Virus record (IMG/VR): IMGVR_UViG_3300025723_002011
Location: 1 to 37,170 of that record
Reading direction: 5' to 3' (one strand)
DNA: 37,170 nucleotides
Origin: a virus
Taxonomy: Duplodnaviria; Caudoviricetes
In this document: piece by piece, positions 35,841 to 37,170 of the stretch
How the letters are laid out: the number at the start of each line of letters is the position of its first letter
How positions within the stretch are numbered: the stretch's first letter is position 1
Position numbers and translations under genes: made by a program
Notes under the pieces: model-generated
Seen by the model: only the letters and a program-made list of their open reading frames with translations
The model's database searches: none
Told to the model about the DNA's origin: nothing

Positions 35841-36953
35841 ATGGAAATAATACAAAGGAAAAAATGCATATTATCCGATAGCGACAATATCGAACATGTC
35901 TTCACTTTTGAAAAATTTCCTATTCGTATTACTTCTACAGATTCTCTAGATCAATCTACAGATCAATTTGAAGATATGGTTTGGGGATCTTCATCTTTAG
36001 GTCAAATTCAATTAATTAATTTACTAGATCCAGATATAATTTATTCTAACTATCATAGTACCGGAGTGATTGGGAAAATCTGGACCGAACATCATAAGAA
36101 ATTTTTTAATTTTATTAATCTAGAGCCTAATTCAAAAATATTAGAAATTGGAGGGGGCAGTGGAAAACTTGCCGAACATTTTTGTGAAACCGATAAAAAT
36201 TTCGAATACGAAATTATAGAACCGTCAAACAAATCAACCATCAGTGATTCTCGATTTAAATTTACACAAGGATTTTTTGAAAATTATAAATTTGATAAAA
36301 AATTTAATATTATAGCGCACTCTCATTGCATTGAACATACTTATGATCCTATTAAATTTCTTAATAAAATTAATGATCTTTTAAATTACGGTGATTATCA
36401 GTACATTTCTATACCTAATATGAAATATGGGTTGGAAAATAATTCTGCCAACACTTTAAGTTTTGAACATACTTTTTATATAGATGACAATGTTTTAGAG
36501 TACTTGCTAAACAAAACAGATTTTAAAATCGAACATAAAATCATCGAAGAACACTCTATTTTTGTAAAAGCGGTGAAAGAAAAGATTAAAAAACCTGTAA
36601 AGCCTGATTTTTCTTATATAAAAGAATTGTTTGTTAAATATGTAGATAATTTACACAACGAAGTTTCTGAGATTTCTAATAAAATAAAGGACAAAAAGTT
36701 TTATTTGTTTGGAGCACATATGTTTTCCTTAGTTTTATTAAATCTCGGATTAGAATCAAATTTATTAGAATGTATTTTAGATAACGATAAACAAAAACAA
36801 AATAAAAGAATGTACGGAACCAAATTTCTTATTAAGTCTCCGGAGTGCTTAGTCAATCTAGAATCACCTATCGTTGTATTACGTGGGGGAGTTTACACGG
36901 AAGAAATTAAACAAACTATTTTAAAAATAAACTCTACAACGGTATTTGTATAA
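35841..36953 (+). CDS. SAM-dependent methyltransferase, NDP-sugar C-methyltransferase-like architecture
   Basis: ILEIGGGSG, HCIEH, ISIPN, FEH, and a C-terminal LFGA..ILDND..KQ domain. Confidence 0.75.
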   Translation: MEIIQRKKCILSDSDNIEHVFTFEKFPIRITSTDSLDQSTDQFEDMVWGSSSLGQIQLINLLDPDIIYSNYHSTGVIGKIWTEHHKKFFNFINLEPNSKILEIGGGSGKLAEHFCETDKNFEYEIIEPSNKSTISDSRFKFTQGFFENYKFDKKFNIIAHSHCIEHTYDPIKFLNKINDLLNYGDYQYISIPNMKYGLENNSANTLSFEHTFYIDDNVLEYLLNKTDFKIEHKIIEEHSIFVKAVKEKIKKPVKPDFSYIKELFVKYVDNLHNEVSEISNKIKDKKFYLFGAHMFSLVLLNLGLESNLLECILDNDKQKQNKRMYGTKFLIKSPECLVNLESPIVVLRGGVYTEEIKQTILKINSTTVFV

Positions 36954-36954
36954 C

Positions 36955-37170
36955 ATGAATATAATAATTCCAATGGTTGGGTTAGGATCTAGATTTCAAA
37001 AGGAAGGTTATACCCTACCTAAACCTTTGATCGAGGTCGCAGGAAAAACACTGATAGAACATAGTATCGATAGCTTTAATGTGCCGGGTAAATTTATTTT
37101 TATTACTAGAGACTTTCATAATGCAGAGCATAACAAAGTGCTTTCTTCAGTTTTGAAGAAGAAACGCCCA
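36955..37170 (+). CDS. Sugar-phosphate nucleotidyltransferase-like protein, 3'-truncated by the window edge
   Basis: MNIIIPMVGLGSRFQKEGYTLPKPLIEV, read by hand; similar to the C-terminal domain of 25774..27144. Confidence 0.85.
   Translation, partial: MNIIIPMVGLGSRFQKEGYTLPKPLIEVAGKTLIEHSIDSFNVPGKFIFITRDFHNAEHNKVLSSVLKKKRP

Noticed and set aside
1-37170. Stop-codon reassignment, as in some large phages
   Set aside because: Conserved genes read full length in code 11, and TAA, TAG and TGA all end genes at expected positions (e.g. ahpD and rfbH TAG, clpX TGA).
1-37170. CRISPR array or long tandem DNA repeats
   Set aside because: No regularly spaced direct repeats seen by eye; only protein-level repeats in the two endonucleases.

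Overview
This window looks like an accessory (host-takeover) region of a large, AT-rich, T4-like or jumbo dsDNA phage, probably infecting a proteobacterium (inference). It uses the standard genetic code and has both sigma70-type promoters and T4 late-like TATAAATA motifs. In order: (1) a class Ia ribonucleotide reductase locus whose nrdA is fractured into two ORFs by an atypically split intein (19-aa N-part, 137-aa C-part) with a free-standing GIY-YIG-like endonuclease between them, then nrdB and glutaredoxin; (2) a GC-rich structured ncRNA candidate and a circularly permuted (two-piece) tmRNA with tag ANDSNYHMALAA; (3) ahpC-ahpD behind a near-consensus OxyR box, an outer-membrane beta-barrel, an LpxH-like phosphoesterase overlapped by an inverted PD-(D/E)xK endonuclease, and a RimK-like ligase; (4) clpX, ribosomal protein bS21, an exonuclease, YbaN and a phosphoesterase; (5) a stand-alone HemA dimerisation-like domain, Hsp20, ClpS, heme oxygenase and a ferredoxin-dependent bilin reductase; (6) a ~13 kb glycan cluster (RmlB-like, RfbH/DdhC, minimal ThDP E1 alpha/beta, several glycosyl- and methyltransferases) that runs off the right edge. 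All calls come from motif recognition by eye; no database searches were run.
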